From: Candidatus Latescibacterota bacterium
GTDB taxonomy: Bacteria > Latescibacterota > UBA2968 > GCA-2709665
Assembly (NCBI GenBank): GCA_965219455.1
Contig: OZ244744.1
Location: 992,001-1,056,000 of the forward strand
Direction: 5' to 3'
DNA length: 64,000 nt
Shown here: one piece after another, positions 36,503 to 46,783 of the stretch
Numbering within the stretch: the first letter of the stretch is position 1
Layout of the letters: each line of letters opens with the position of its first letter
Notes under the pieces: model-generated
The model's database searches: none
Seen by the model: the letters and a program-made list of their open reading frames with translations, nothing else
What the model was told of the DNA's origin: nothing
Program-made: the position numbers and the translations under genes

Positions 36503-38068
36503 TCAGATCACCCTGCTCGCCCTGCCGCCCCAATACGGCGCCCTTATCAGGTTCTTCACGACCTTGCCGTAGTTGTTCCTGGGCAATTCTTCGACAAAAT
36601 CCACGGATCCCGGTTTCTTGAAACTCGCGATTCGGCCTTTGCAGAAGTCGATCAGTTCTTCGCCGGACACGTCGCACCCGGGCGTCTGAACCACAACGGC
36701 CTTGACGGCCTCGCCCCACTCCGGATGCGGCACACCGATGACAGCGACCTCGAATACGGCCGGATGTCGAATGAGCACCTCTTCAATCTCGCGCGGGTAG
36801 ATATTCTCGCCGCCGCTGATGATCAGGTCCTTGGAGCGATCCAGGAGAAAAACGTACCCGTCGTCGTCCATGTACCCCACGTCGCCCGTGTGAAGCCAGC
36901 CGTCTTTCAGGGCGGCCGCCGTGGCTTCGGGATTGCGCCAGTAACCCTTCATGACCAGGTCCGACCGCGTTACGATCTGGCCGATTGCTCCCGGCGGAAG
37001 TTCGTTGTCGCCGTCGTCCAGGATTCTGACTTCGACGTCGGTACGCGCAAACCCCGCCGAACTGAGTCGCTTCATCTGTTTCGAGGTGCCGTTCAGGACG
37101 TGGTCGCGGTGGGGCAGGTGGGTGATCGTCATCGGAGACTCGCCCAGGCCATACAACTGCACGAGACGGGGCCCCAGCTTTTCGATCGCAACCCGGAGGT
37201 CTTCGGCCAGCATCGGGCCGCCGCCGTAGTTGAGGATCGTTAACGATCGAAGGTCGTACCGGTGCAGCGCGGGACTTTCCACCAGGCGCTTTACCATGGT
37301 CGGCGCGGCGAACATATTGGTGACCCGGTACTCTTCGATGGCCTCCAGAACACGGTCCGGATCAAAGGCAACGGTTTCAGGAATGATATTGGCCGCGGCC
37401 TTGCCGACGTTTGGCAGGGCGTACAGGCCGCTGCCGTGGGACAGGGGCGCCGCGTGCAGGGCCACGTCGTCGGGTCCGAAGCCCTGGCAGATGTCCGCAT
37501 AAAAGCTCATCGTCATCGCCAGCAGATTGCGGTGCGTCAGCAGTGCCCCTTTAGGTTGATCCGTGGTTCCGGACGTGTAGAACACCCACGCCACGTCGTC
37601 GGGATCCACGTCCACGTCGTCGAACGCGGCGCGCTCGGCGCGAATCAACGTTTCGTAGTCCAGCATGTCCCCTTGCGCTTCGGCAATGGTGACGACGTAC
37701 CGAACCCTCGGCAAACGATCTTTCACCTGCGAAATCGGCGCGTTGAATTCGGTGGAAAGAACAACCAGTTCGGCTTCCGAATGATCGATGATAAAGGCGA
37801 TTTCATTGGGATGCAGGCGGAAATTGATCGGTACGGCAGCGGCCCCGACCTTGAAACAGGCAAACATGGATTCCAGCATTTCGGGAAGATTTTGCATGAG
37901 GATGGCCACATGGCCGCCGGGGCGGACGCCGAGTCTGCAAAACGCGTTCGCCAACCGGTTCACGCGCTCGTTGAACCGGGCGTAGGTCCATCGCCGGGAG
38001 CCGCACGCCACGGCCAGATTCTCAGGAAACGTGCGTGCCGATTTCGTCAGCAGTGTGCCGATGTTCAT
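36503..38068 (-). CDS. Acyl-CoA synthetase (AMP-forming)
   Basis: YTSGTTDQPKG, YGLGE, GWLHTGD, DRSKDLIISGGENIYP, LPRNNYGK. Confidence 0.92.
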   Translation of the reverse strand: MNIGTLLTKSARTFPENLAVACGSRRWTYARFNERVNRLANAFCRLGVRPGGHVAILMQNLPEMLESMFACFKVGAAAVPINFRLHPNEIAFIIDHSEAELVVLSTEFNAPISQVKDRLPRVRYVVTIAEAQGDMLDYETLIRAERAAFDDVDVDPDDVAWVFYTSGTTDQPKGALLTHRNLLAMTMSFYADICQGFGPDDVALHAAPLSHGSGLYALPNVGKAAANIIPETVAFDPDRVLEAIEEYRVTNMFAAPTMVKRLVESPALHRYDLRSLTILNYGGGPMLAEDLRVAIEKLGPRLVQLYGLGESPMTITHLPHRDHVLNGTSKQMKRLSSAGFARTDVEVRILDDGDNELPPGAIGQIVTRSDLVMKGYWRNPEATAAALKDGWLHTGDVGYMDDDGYVFLLDRSKDLIISGGENIYPREIEEVLIRHPAVFEVAVIGVPHPEWGEAVKAVVVQTPGCDVSGEELIDFCKGRIASFKKPGSVDFVEELPRNNYGKVVKNLIRAPYWGGRASRVI

Positions 38069-38202
38069 GGCCTGACCGGTCTCCTCGCAGCAAGCGTCTC
38101 CGGGCACCGCCGAGCGTCCCGGCCGGACAGCAGGCAGCGCGCCGTATGTACTCAAGCAAGTCTGGGATCGAAGCGATTCGGACAGAGGCGTGTTTGGAAG
38201 TT

Positions 38203-39261
38203 TTACGCGGCGGGAATCATGTTGATGCAGACGGGCTGCGGCGTCCGAACCTCCTGCCCCGTCGGCGTGAGCCTGCCGGTACGTGCATCGATTCGATACG
38301 TGAAGATATTGTCCGTATTCTGGTTGGCAGCGAACAGGAACTGCCCGGAGGGGTCCACAGCGAAATTACGCGGGAACTCGCCGCGGGTCGACTCGTAGTC
38401 CACGACCGTGAGCTTGCCGGTCCCCGGGTCGACTTCAAAAATCACAATACTGTCGTGACCCCGGTTGGTACCGTACACGAAACGCCCGTCGGGCGACACG
38501 TGGATATCCGCGCAATAGCTGGTCTCCGTAAAGTCTCCGGGCAGTGTGGAAATCACCTGGATCGTCTGCAGAACCCCGCGATTCTCGTCATACGTGTACG
38601 CCACGGCCGTATTGTCCAGTTCATTGATCAGGTAGGCGTGCTTCCGGTTCGGATGGAACGCGAAGTGCCTGGGCCCGGCGCTCGCCTGAACGTCTACCCA
38701 CGGGGGTTCGTTCGGCGTTATCGTCGCTTCCTCCGGATCCAGCCGATAAACCATTACCTTGTCGATTCCGAGATCCGCTGACACGGCGTATCGATTGCCC
38801 GGATCGATCGTAATTGAATGCGCATGCGGCCCCTGCTGCCGGCCCGGGTGCGCGCTGGAACCTTCGTGCTGGAAAACCGACGTGGCCTCGCCCAGACTGC
38901 CGTCCTCCCGGATGGGCAACGCCGCCACGCCGCCGCTCGAATAGTTCGCAACCAGCGCCACACGCCCAGTCGCGTCCACGCTCACGTGGCATGGCCCGGC
39001 CCCCATACAGGACTGGTGATTCAGCGAACGCAACGCCCCCGTGGCCGGATCGATGGCGAACGCGTGTACCGCACCGCCCTCCTCCACCTCCGCCACCGAA
39101 TAAAGGAACCGATTCGTCGGATGCATAGCTTGAAATGAAGGATTCTTCACGTCCGAAACCGTACTTACCTGCGCCAGATCCCCCGTCGACAGATCCAGAC
39201 GGTAAATCGAAATACCGGTGCCGCCCACGTAAAACCACATCGCTTCCGCCTGCTGTGACAT
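38203..39261 (-). CDS. pgl: 6-phosphogluconolactonase family beta-propeller
   Basis: GPCHVSVD, ANYSSG, PHAH, AGPRH, NRGHDSI, PRNF. Confidence 0.88.
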   Translation of the reverse strand: MSQQAEAMWFYVGGTGISIYRLDLSTGDLAQVSTVSDVKNPSFQAMHPTNRFLYSVAEVEEGGAVHAFAIDPATGALRSLNHQSCMGAGPCHVSVDATGRVALVANYSSGGVAALPIREDGSLGEATSVFQHEGSSAHPGRQQGPHAHSITIDPGNRYAVSADLGIDKVMVYRLDPEEATITPNEPPWVDVQASAGPRHFAFHPNRKHAYLINELDNTAVAYTYDENRGVLQTIQVISTLPGDFTETSYCADIHVSPDGRFVYGTNRGHDSIVIFEVDPGTGKLTVVDYESTRGEFPRNFAVDPSGQFLFAANQNTDNIFTYRIDARTGRLTPTGQEVRTPQPVCINMIPAA

Positions 39262-39307
39262 AACTCGACCCTCCTGTTAAACCCGGTCCGCACGGCCCAC
39301 GCGTGGA

Positions 39308-39910
39308 TCAGGCGTCCGATACCAGATACCCCTGTTTCTCAGCCCGTTCGATCAACCCCCGGACGTAGGTCCACAGGGCCGGCGCCCCCGCTTCGATATG
39401 CCGGTTTCGAGCGATCACCTGCTCCCTGCTTATGTTGTGCTCCCGCCACGCGATCCCGCCGGATTCGTAGTTCAGCAAAATCGGCTGGAGCCTGTCCAGG
39501 GATTGCGCGTACTTCGCCTCGGGAGTCTCACGAGCTTCAAACTCGTCCCATAACGCAAACACGTCCCTCGCCAAATCGGCCGGCAGCAGATTGAAAATCC
39601 GTTCGGCGGCGCGCCGCTCCCGCTCCGATTTGTCGGCGTGCCCCGCCTCGTCGTAAGCGAAGGTGTCCCCGGCGTCGATCTCAACGACGTCGTGAAGCAA
39701 CAGCATTTTTACGACCTTCAGCAGATCCGGTTCCTCCCGCGCGTATTCCGCAAGCAGCACGGCCATCACCGCCAGGTGCCAGGAATGCTCCGCGTCGTTC
39801 TCCCGGCGCTTTCCGTCGATGAGATACGTCCGCCGGAGCACCCGCTTCAGCTTGTCGATCTCGGTAACGAAAGCGATCTGTTGTTCGATCCTGTCCGCAT
39901 TCATCAACAT
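39308..39910 (-). CDS. HD-domain hydrolase (YfbR/HDDC2-like)
   Basis: EIDKLK..RR, ENDAEHSWH, LLHDVVEIDAGD, LDRLQP. The longer ORF start runs through repeats. Confidence 0.9.
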   Translation of the reverse strand: MLMNADRIEQQIAFVTEIDKLKRVLRRTYLIDGKRRENDAEHSWHLAVMAVLLAEYAREEPDLLKVVKMLLLHDVVEIDAGDTFAYDEAGHADKSERERRAAERIFNLLPADLARDVFALWDEFEARETPEAKYAQSLDRLQPILLNYESGGIAWREHNISREQVIARNRHIEAGAPALWTYVRGLIERAEKQGYLVSDA

Positions 39911-39970
39911 GCGCCTTATTTGGTGTCCTGTCCCGAAAATATCTCCCCATTCTCCCGCCCATTCATCCCG

Positions 39971-40003
39971 CCTGCCTGCGCCAAGCACCGCGCGGCAGGC
40001 AGG
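39971..40003. mobile_element. 33-bp CCTGCCT...GCAGGCAGG mini-palindrome
   Basis: Removal gives TTCATCCCGTCTCGC, the exact reverse complement of 61431-61445. Confidence 0.75.
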
Positions 40004-40191
40004 TCTCGCAGCGTCGCTTGCGCTGCTGGTGCTGCTTGCACTGAGCTTGTCGAAGTGGCCCGTCAAAGCAAGCTTGTCGAAGTGCCCTCGCTCGCCGACC
40101 ATGCGCAGGTCGCCTGTTGGCGGACAAACACCCTTTGGAACTAACCTCCTGGGAAACAAGGGCTTTACCTCTCCCACCAACTTTCATTTTC

Positions 40192-40412
40192 TCTTCGTCC
40201 TTTTTCTTGTACGCCCAAGAAAAAGGACCAAAAAGAACGACGCCGCTCGGCGCGGGGCCGGTTTTTCCACGAATCTCGTCAGTGGCGTAGGCAAACGACT
40301 GTGCCCTGCGTGTGCATTCGTCCCCACTGTGTTTCGGTGCTGAACGGATTAACGTGGAAAAACCCCCAGCACCACCACGGGACGGTGGAGAGGTGGATCT
40401 GAACGGACCGCC
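40192..40412 (+). repeat. Structured ~220-nt dispersed element, copy A
   Basis: CCTTTTTCTTG-N-CAAGAAAAAGG hairpin and GGTTTTTCCACG...CGTGGAAAAACC stem; homologs at 49047 and 61116. Confidence 0.8.
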
Positions 40413-40456
40413 GTGGGGTGTGGCGTGTTTCCGCAGTATTGTGCTTGCTTTGTTCT

Positions 40457-40548
40457 GCTCCCCCTCTCCCCTTGGGAGAGGGGGCCGGGGGGTGAGGGTC
40501 TCCCGTCTCACCGCCTTTAGGAGAGGGGCTGGCGGGAGGGGTCACAAT
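40457..40548. repeat. CCCCTCTCC...GGAGAGGGG REP-like repeats
   Basis: Palindromic purine/pyrimidine hairpin; reverse-complement match at 60745-60790. Confidence 0.7.
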
Positions 40549-40681
40549 CTGCGAATTGATACCGCCAGGCCATATCGATATTCTGTGGACGCGGTGTGGT
40601 CGTCTCCCGTCTACCCTCTAACGTCTCACCGTCTTTGGCTGATAGCTGATCGCTGCTTTTCTCCGGCCGAATTCAGGCAAC

Positions 40682-41497
40682 CTATTTTCGGGACAGAACA
40701 CTCGCCTTCGGGGGCAGCGGCCACGTCTCGCCCGCCATGAATCCGCCGTCCACGTAGATGTGCTGGCCCGTTACGTAATCCGACGCGGCGGATGCGAGGA
40801 ACACCGCGGTTCCCACGAGGTCGTCCGGGATACCCAGGCGCCCGGCAGGGGTCCGACCTTCGCCCCATTCCCGCATCGTCGGGTCGGACCATAACTTTTC
40901 CGTTAGAGGCGTCAGAATAAATCCGGGACAGATCGCGTTCACCTGGATATTGTGCGGTCCCAGTTCCAGCGCCTGCGCTTTGGTCAACTGACCCACGGCC
41001 CCCTTAGTGGCGGTATACACCGAAACGCCGTGTAACGCGATTCCGGTTGTCAGGGAGCCGATATTGATGACTTTGCCCTGCCTTCGAGGGATCATGTGCC
41101 GGGCGGCCATCTGTGTCAGAAAATAGAGTCCCTTCAAATTAACCGCCATAATCCGATCGTAATGTTCCTCGGTGACCGCGTCCAGCGGCTCCCGGATATT
41201 CATCCCCGCGTTGTTCACCAGAATGTCCAGTTGCCCATAGTGCGCGCAGGTTGTCTCCATCCCCCGCTTGACGGAGTCCAGGTCAGCCATATCCATTTCC
41301 ACAGCCAGGGCGTCGCCTCCTGCCGCTTCGATCGCCGCCACGGTTTCGTCCAGTTGCGAACGGGTCCTCGCCGCGCAGACACACCGGGCGCCGTGCGCCG
41401 CCAGGCCCTTCGCGACGCCCTGCCCGATCCCCCTTCCGGCGCCCGTCACCAGCGCGACGCGCCCTTCCAGAGAAAACAGATTCAACTCATGCTCCAT
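40682..41497 (-). CDS. SDR oxidoreductase (gluconate 5-dehydrogenase/KduD-like)
   Basis: TGAGRGIG, NNAG, YTATK, VNAICPG, VDGG. Confidence 0.9.
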   Translation of the reverse strand: MEHELNLFSLEGRVALVTGAGRGIGQGVAKGLAAHGARCVCAARTRSQLDETVAAIEAAGGDALAVEMDMADLDSVKRGMETTCAHYGQLDILVNNAGMNIREPLDAVTEEHYDRIMAVNLKGLYFLTQMAARHMIPRRQGKVINIGSLTTGIALHGVSVYTATKGAVGQLTKAQALELGPHNIQVNAICPGFILTPLTEKLWSDPTMREWGEGRTPAGRLGIPDDLVGTAVFLASAASDYVTGQHIYVDGGFMAGETWPLPPKASVLSRK

Positions 41498-41658
41498 TTC
41501 ATGACGCCTTCCACTTACGGATTTTCCGATATGTCTGACCCCAGAGTCGGCGGGAATCGGGTGGCGCCCCATCTCGCATACGGCCGGTTCACCAAGACTG
41601 GCATGTCAGAACTCGTGGTACCGTAAACGTATACTGCCGGTTCGCAGCACACTTCTGG

Positions 41659-42120
41659 CTATTCCGTCATCCGGTCGATGAATTTTTTCACGTCCCGCCT
41701 GTGAATCTCTCTCAGGCGACGGACATTGCCGAGAAGATCGTCCAACTTATCAGGGTTCAATTCGGCCGTGTACGCGTGCCTGAAAAAATGCCGGAACCTG
41801 CGCAGTTCATCCAGCAGATCAAAGGCGCCATCGGATACCAGTGCCGGCCTGATCCCTTCGATTTCGAGGCGCATTCGTCGCAAAAGGTCAATATGGTACC
41901 TCTCCTCTTCAAGCCGGTTCTCGAAGAAATGGACAACGGTCTCGAACAACTGCTCGAAAGCGGAATAGAGGTTGTGGATCTGATAGGCCATACTGTCGAC
42001 ACCCTCGGCCGTTTCGCGGAAAATTCCCGCGCGCTGTTCGATCCGTTCACAAATGCGGTCGATGTCACGATCGCGTGAATCGATTTCCGCCTTCAGGATG
42101 GCGATCCTGGCTTCATCCAT
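41659..42120 (-). CDS. HEPN domain RNase toxin (HepT-like)
   Basis: HNLYSAFE, ELRRFRHFFRHAY (R-X4-H-X-Y); overlaps the MNT gene by 8 bp. Confidence 0.85.
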   Translation of the reverse strand: MDEARIAILKAEIDSRDRDIDRICERIEQRAGIFRETAEGVDSMAYQIHNLYSAFEQLFETVVHFFENRLEEERYHIDLLRRMRLEIEGIRPALVSDGAFDLLDELRRFRHFFRHAYTAELNPDKLDDLLGNVRRLREIHRRDVKKFIDRMTE

Positions 42121-42451
42121 ATACCTTCCAGCCCGTTTCCTTGATCGTATCGGGAAACGGATGCGTGTCCAGGTCGATGACGTCCACAACCCTGCCCGTG
42201 GCATCTTCCAACGCCTTCATCACGCCGAGGACCGCCCCGGAGCAGCCACCCACAGCCACGTCGACGTCGGAAGCTTGGTTCCACCTGTGCTCCACCAGAA
42301 GCGATCCCGAGACATAGGCCTCGCGGATGTCGTATTGGTTCCGGATGCGTTCCAGGGTTGCAGCAACGGCACGCAGACATGCCTTTCTCTCGCTGTTTCG
42401 CTTCTCTCTCCGTTTCTTGAGAGCCCGATCGAATACACCTGTATCAAACAT
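42113..42451 (-). CDS. Minimal nucleotidyltransferase antitoxin (MntA-like)
   Basis: GS-X10-DVD motif, VDVIDL; upstream of the HEPN gene. Confidence 0.85.
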   Translation of the reverse strand: MFDTGVFDRALKKRREKRNSERKACLRAVAATLERIRNQYDIREAYVSGSLLVEHRWNQASDVDVAVGGCSGAVLGVMKALEDATGRVVDVIDLDTHPFPDTIKETGWKVYG

Positions 42452-42570
42452 CTTCACGAATCCCAAAATACGCGGTTTCCCGTGAACGAACATCGACGTC
42501 TCGGCGCCGCTTTGGCGGTACGTGTCGAATGCACCGGTCGATTTTCCGATATACGCCTGTCCACACATGC

Positions 42571-43626
42571 TCAGGCAGCCGAGAACACCGACTGCATCAT
42601 CGCCTTGATATAGCCGAACTGGAAGGCGAACGCCTGTTCGAAGCTTCCCGGGGCGCTGTGGCCCGGTGCGTGGTCCGGCACGACCATGTGCGGATAGCCC
42701 ACGTCTCTAAGCGCCTGCATCAGCGTGAACATGTTCATGTCGCCTTCGTCGGGCCAGACCTCCTGGAATTTGTTGCGTCCGCCGAAGATATTCCGATAGT
42801 GGATCAGATGAATCTTCTTTCGTTCTCCGAAATAGCGAATAATATCCGGCACATCCCGGGCAGGATCCTCCACGCTCTCCGCCATGCAGCCCAGGCAGAG
42901 ATTCAGGCCGTGATAGGGACTGGGGCAGATATCGATAAACCGCTTGAATCCCTCAGCCCCGCCCAGGACGCGGTCCACGTCCTTGTATCCTGGCGGCAGC
43001 CAGGGATCGCAGGGATGACACGCCATGCGCACCTTGCACGCCTCGGCAACCGGAATCACGCGCTCCAGGAAGAACGTCACCCGCTCCCAGTTCTCCTCGG
43101 CCGTCACGGGTCTATCGAAGCGCGGCGTACCGGCATCGGCCTTTGAGAGATCCCAGGTGGAATACCGCGCGCCTCCACGCCCGAGCGGCACGCTTTCCGT
43201 GCGCTGGTTTTCCATCTCACACAGGAAATATTTGATTGCCGGAATGCCGGCATCGGCCGTCGCCTGCACCATTCTGCAGACGCGGTCGATCTCCTTCTCT
43301 CCCTTCTTCCAGTTTCCCAGCATATAGTTGGGCGTCGATCCGCCGTCGTCGTTGAACTGGTGGAGGGGCAGCGCCACCATTTCCAGGTCGACGCCGAAAC
43401 GCCGGCACTTCTCGCGTTTCTCCGCAAGTTCCTCGGCATCCCAACCCCGCTCGCGATCGAACGTGATATCGTTTGCGGCCATACTGTTCACGCCGAGGCG
43501 CGCGAGAAACGCCAGATGTTCGTCCGTTGTGTCGAACCGCTGCGTGCCCACGTGCATACGAGGATTGTCCTCGTTCCAGAGACTGTGAGGATCCGCCCGA
43601 TCGACTTCAGCTGATTCCGCTGCCAT
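42571..43626 (-). CDS. Mannonate dehydratase (UxuA) family
   Basis: FLERVIPVAE, CHPCDP, HGLNLCLG, IHYRN, DEGD, PDHAP. Confidence 0.85.
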   Translation of the reverse strand: MAAESAEVDRADPHSLWNEDNPRMHVGTQRFDTTDEHLAFLARLGVNSMAANDITFDRERGWDAEELAEKREKCRRFGVDLEMVALPLHQFNDDGGSTPNYMLGNWKKGEKEIDRVCRMVQATADAGIPAIKYFLCEMENQRTESVPLGRGGARYSTWDLSKADAGTPRFDRPVTAEENWERVTFFLERVIPVAEACKVRMACHPCDPWLPPGYKDVDRVLGGAEGFKRFIDICPSPYHGLNLCLGCMAESVEDPARDVPDIIRYFGERKKIHLIHYRNIFGGRNKFQEVWPDEGDMNMFTLMQALRDVGYPHMVVPDHAPGHSAPGSFEQAFAFQFGYIKAMMQSVFSAA

Positions 43627-43858
43627 CAGAAAATCGCCTCCCTCCGGCCTGTCGCGCTTCGCGAACATGCCTCTTGAATCCGCGGCACCTGTCGTTATCC
43701 CGACGCCGCGAAAATCAGTATGGATATGAACTTCATGTTCGATTCGTGTCAGTCCCGGCGACCCTGAAATCCCGGTGACTGCCGCTATCGAATCCGTTCA
43801 AAGAGCGGGCGCCAATCCTCTCGAAATTTACGAGATGCCAGCATGCAGACGGGTAAGA

Positions 43859-44650
43859 TCACGCGCCTTCCAGCACCTGCCGCATTTCCTTTCCCCGCGT
43901 TCGGAACCAGTCCATCAGAATGCTTACATCCGTACCGATACAGAAGTGTTTTACGCCCATATCCAGATAACGTTTCGCCTGGTCCGGACTGCTGATTTCC
44001 GCGCGCGGCGCCACGCCCATCTTCAACGACGTCTCGATGACGAACTTCTCGGCTTCTCTGACGCTTTCGTGTCCATATTCGCCGGGATGCCCGATACTCA
44101 TGGAATAATCGCCGGGTCCGAACTGCACCATATCCACACCTCCCACCGACAGAAGCGCCTCCAGATTCTCCACCGCCGGCGCTTTTTCTATCATCACGGC
44201 GATCACGACATCATCCATGGCATCCACAAACTCGGGCAGCCCCCCGGCCATCCCGAACTTCATGGTCCGGCGCATGCTGGCCCCATGCTGCCCGCCCGCC
44301 GTGGGCGTTTCGGCGCGCACCGCCTTCACGCACTCGCGCGCGTCCGAAACCGAACGCACGTCGGCGAACAGTACATTCTGAATGCCGGCGCCGATTGCCC
44401 GCGAAGCAAGGTGCGCTCTCGGTTCCTGTTCGACCTTGATCATCGATGACATATCGTACAATTCGATCGCCCTGGCAAGGTTCTCGAACGTATGCAGGTC
44501 GTACGGCGCGTATTCCGAAACATATTCCACGTAGTCGTACATTCCGGATATTCCGACCAGTTCCATCACGGTCGGCCAAGGGCTGTGAACGTGGGTTCCC
44601 AGACTGGGCCGATCGGCATTCAGCAACTCTCTCAGTCTATTTCTGCGCAT
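43859..44650 (-). CDS. HpcH/HpaI aldolase family
   Basis: YVSEYA, MIEK..AVENLE, QFGPGDYSMSIG. Confidence 0.85.
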   Translation of the reverse strand: MRRNRLRELLNADRPSLGTHVHSPWPTVMELVGISGMYDYVEYVSEYAPYDLHTFENLARAIELYDMSSMIKVEQEPRAHLASRAIGAGIQNVLFADVRSVSDARECVKAVRAETPTAGGQHGASMRRTMKFGMAGGLPEFVDAMDDVVIAVMIEKAPAVENLEALLSVGGVDMVQFGPGDYSMSIGHPGEYGHESVREAEKFVIETSLKMGVAPRAEISSPDQAKRYLDMGVKHFCIGTDVSILMDWFRTRGKEMRQVLEGA

Positions 44651-44793
44651 GCCGTCTCCTCCGGGTGTATTTGCGACGCGCTGATGCCAAACGATCTTGT
44701 ACATCTGCCATAGGTGTGAACGGCCGACCCCGGTACAGGCCGGCGGGTTCCTTCTCAATGACCGAACCCAATGTCAATTTCGTGAATCCGCCA

Positions 44794-45549
44794 CTATCCG
44801 AACGGCTTCAGGGCCCGGATCTGCCGTACGTGTTCGGCGACCTCATCCGCGGAAGCATCCAGCATACGCTCCCCGTCCTCCGAGCTTGCGACCGTGGGGT
44901 CGCCCACGCCGCCGTGGCGGGTGCGTTGATCGAAACGGTAATACGAGGCCACCCCCGGCACCCGCATACCGTCCCGCTCGCCGTCCGCATCCAGCCGGTC
45001 CGTGCGCACCAGTTCGGGACGGATCGCCAGGATCATCGACGTCTCCGATTCGCCGGCATGGCCGGACCCGCCGGAACCGAGTTGGCGTATCTTGTTCAGG
45101 GAATCGCCGGATGCCCACGCCCAGCGCGAGTAAAATTCCACGTCGCCGTCGGGGTACCGTTCCATCAGCCGCTGCAGCAGCACGGAGATATTCGCGCCGT
45201 TCCCGCCATGGCTGTTCTGAATCAGAATCTTCCGAAACCCGTGCCCCACCATCGACGCCACGATGTCCATCATCAGGAGCAGATGCGTCTGGGATACCGC
45301 GCTCACGGTGCCGGGATAACGGATGTGATGCTGGGAGTACCCCAGCCACTGCACCGGCAGCACCAGCACGTCGTCCGGGCAGCGCTCGTGCACCCGCCTG
45401 GCCACCTCGCCCCCGATCAGACTGTCGGTAAACACGGGCAGATGCAGGCTGTGCTGTTCACAGGATGCCACCGGCATCAATACCACAATATCCCGTGGCA
45501 GGGCGTCGACTTCGGGGGACGTCATTTCAGCGAGAATCATGTCTTCCAC
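44794..45549 (-). CDS. Creatininase family protein
   Basis: EQHSLHLP..TD, NSHGGN, HAGESET, GVGDP. Confidence 0.9.
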   Translation of the reverse strand: MEDMILAEMTSPEVDALPRDIVVLMPVASCEQHSLHLPVFTDSLIGGEVARRVHERCPDDVLVLPVQWLGYSQHHIRYPGTVSAVSQTHLLLMMDIVASMVGHGFRKILIQNSHGGNGANISVLLQRLMERYPDGDVEFYSRWAWASGDSLNKIRQLGSGGSGHAGESETSMILAIRPELVRTDRLDADGERDGMRVPGVASYYRFDQRTRHGGVGDPTVASSEDGERMLDASADEVAEHVRQIRALKPFG

Positions 45550-45635
45550 CTTTCACCAGTCAAAGCCGGCTACAACCACGCAACAGCGCCGAAAACGCCC
45601 GTTCTCTTCCGGGTGTCCGAACGGATAATTAACGC

Positions 45636-46652
45636 CTAACGCCCAAATCCATCAAGCACATTCTGCACACACGCGCCAACGGTGTCCAGGGCGTATCCGC
45701 CCTCCTGAACCAGCAGCGACGGAAGACCCGTGCGGGCCAGTCGTCGTCCGATTGTCCCGAACGTAGAAACCGGCAGGTCGAACTTGCCCAGCGGGTCTCC
45801 CCGGCAGATGTCCACGCCCAGCGACACCACGAGAAAGGCGGGGGCGAACCGATCCACTTCGTGCAGCGCCCGGTCCAGCGTCTGCAGGTACAGCGTGTCG
45901 CCCGTGCCGATGGGAAGCGGCAGATTCACGTTCAGCCCTCGCCCGGCGCCCGCACCCGCCTCATCCGGAAACCCGCTGAACCAGGGATACTCGCAGTCCG
46001 GGTCTGCATGGATGGAAACGAACAGAACCGCATCCGACGCGTAGAAGATCGACTGCGTGCCATTCCCGTGGTGATAGTCCACGTCCAGCACGGCCACCCG
46101 TCCACCCGCGCTGAGATATTCTGCCGCGACCGCCGCATGATTCAGATAGCAATAGCCGCCGTACAGGTCTCCCGCCGCGTGATGGCCCGGCGGACGGCTG
46201 AGCGCGTAGGCCGAGGTCTCTCCTTCCAGGAGCATCGCGGCGCCGGTCAGCGCGCAGAACGTGGCCTCGCGCGCCGCCGCAAAGGTGTGTTCCAGAATCG
46301 GCGTCTGTGTCTCGAAGCCATAGTACCCCGCCTGATGCACGGGGTCGCGCGGCCTTCGGGACGAAGCGCGCGCGGCGAAGGTATCCGGGATCAGTCCGGC
46401 TTCGCCGCCTCCCCCGCGATCCACCCACGCCGCATGGGCTCGTCCCAGGAAGCGCAGATATCCCGCGTCGTGTACGGCGCGGATCGCATCCATCGAAAAC
46501 CCTCGCGGCGGCATCACCTCGTACGTCCCCTCGATGGCGCGCAAAATCGCCTCCGCCCGTGCCGGGACCTCCGGATACGGCTTCAGCCCGCCTCCGATAA
46601 ACTGAAAGGGCGGCGCGTGGCGGCCGTGGTTCGCGGAATAGATGACCTTCAT
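45636..46652 (-). CDS. Histone deacetylase family (acetylpolyamine amidohydrolase-like)
   Basis: PEVPAR, RPPGHHA, GYCYLN, DVDYHHGNGTQ, QEGGY. Confidence 0.92.
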   Translation of the reverse strand: MKVIYSANHGRHAPPFQFIGGGLKPYPEVPARAEAILRAIEGTYEVMPPRGFSMDAIRAVHDAGYLRFLGRAHAAWVDRGGGGEAGLIPDTFAARASSRRPRDPVHQAGYYGFETQTPILEHTFAAAREATFCALTGAAMLLEGETSAYALSRPPGHHAAGDLYGGYCYLNHAAVAAEYLSAGGRVAVLDVDYHHGNGTQSIFYASDAVLFVSIHADPDCEYPWFSGFPDEAGAGAGRGLNVNLPLPIGTGDTLYLQTLDRALHEVDRFAPAFLVVSLGVDICRGDPLGKFDLPVSTFGTIGRRLARTGLPSLLVQEGGYALDTVGACVQNVLDGFGR

Positions 46653-46783
46653 TTCATCCCCAATCGTGCTGAGGGCGTGTCTGCCTGCCCGACGTGGAAT
46701 CCGGTCCGGAATCCGTGGATATGCCTGGAACGCCACCCGTCCTCCTGGATACCCTATCGCGGCATACTCCACGGCTTCCGTGT

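Noticed and set aside
39911-40740. Protein-coding ORFs and the N-terminal extension of the HD gene
   Set aside because: They translate repeat DNA (SLSK, PLPRGEG, FLFVLFL); the same applies to ORFs at 48945-49529 and 61138-61399.
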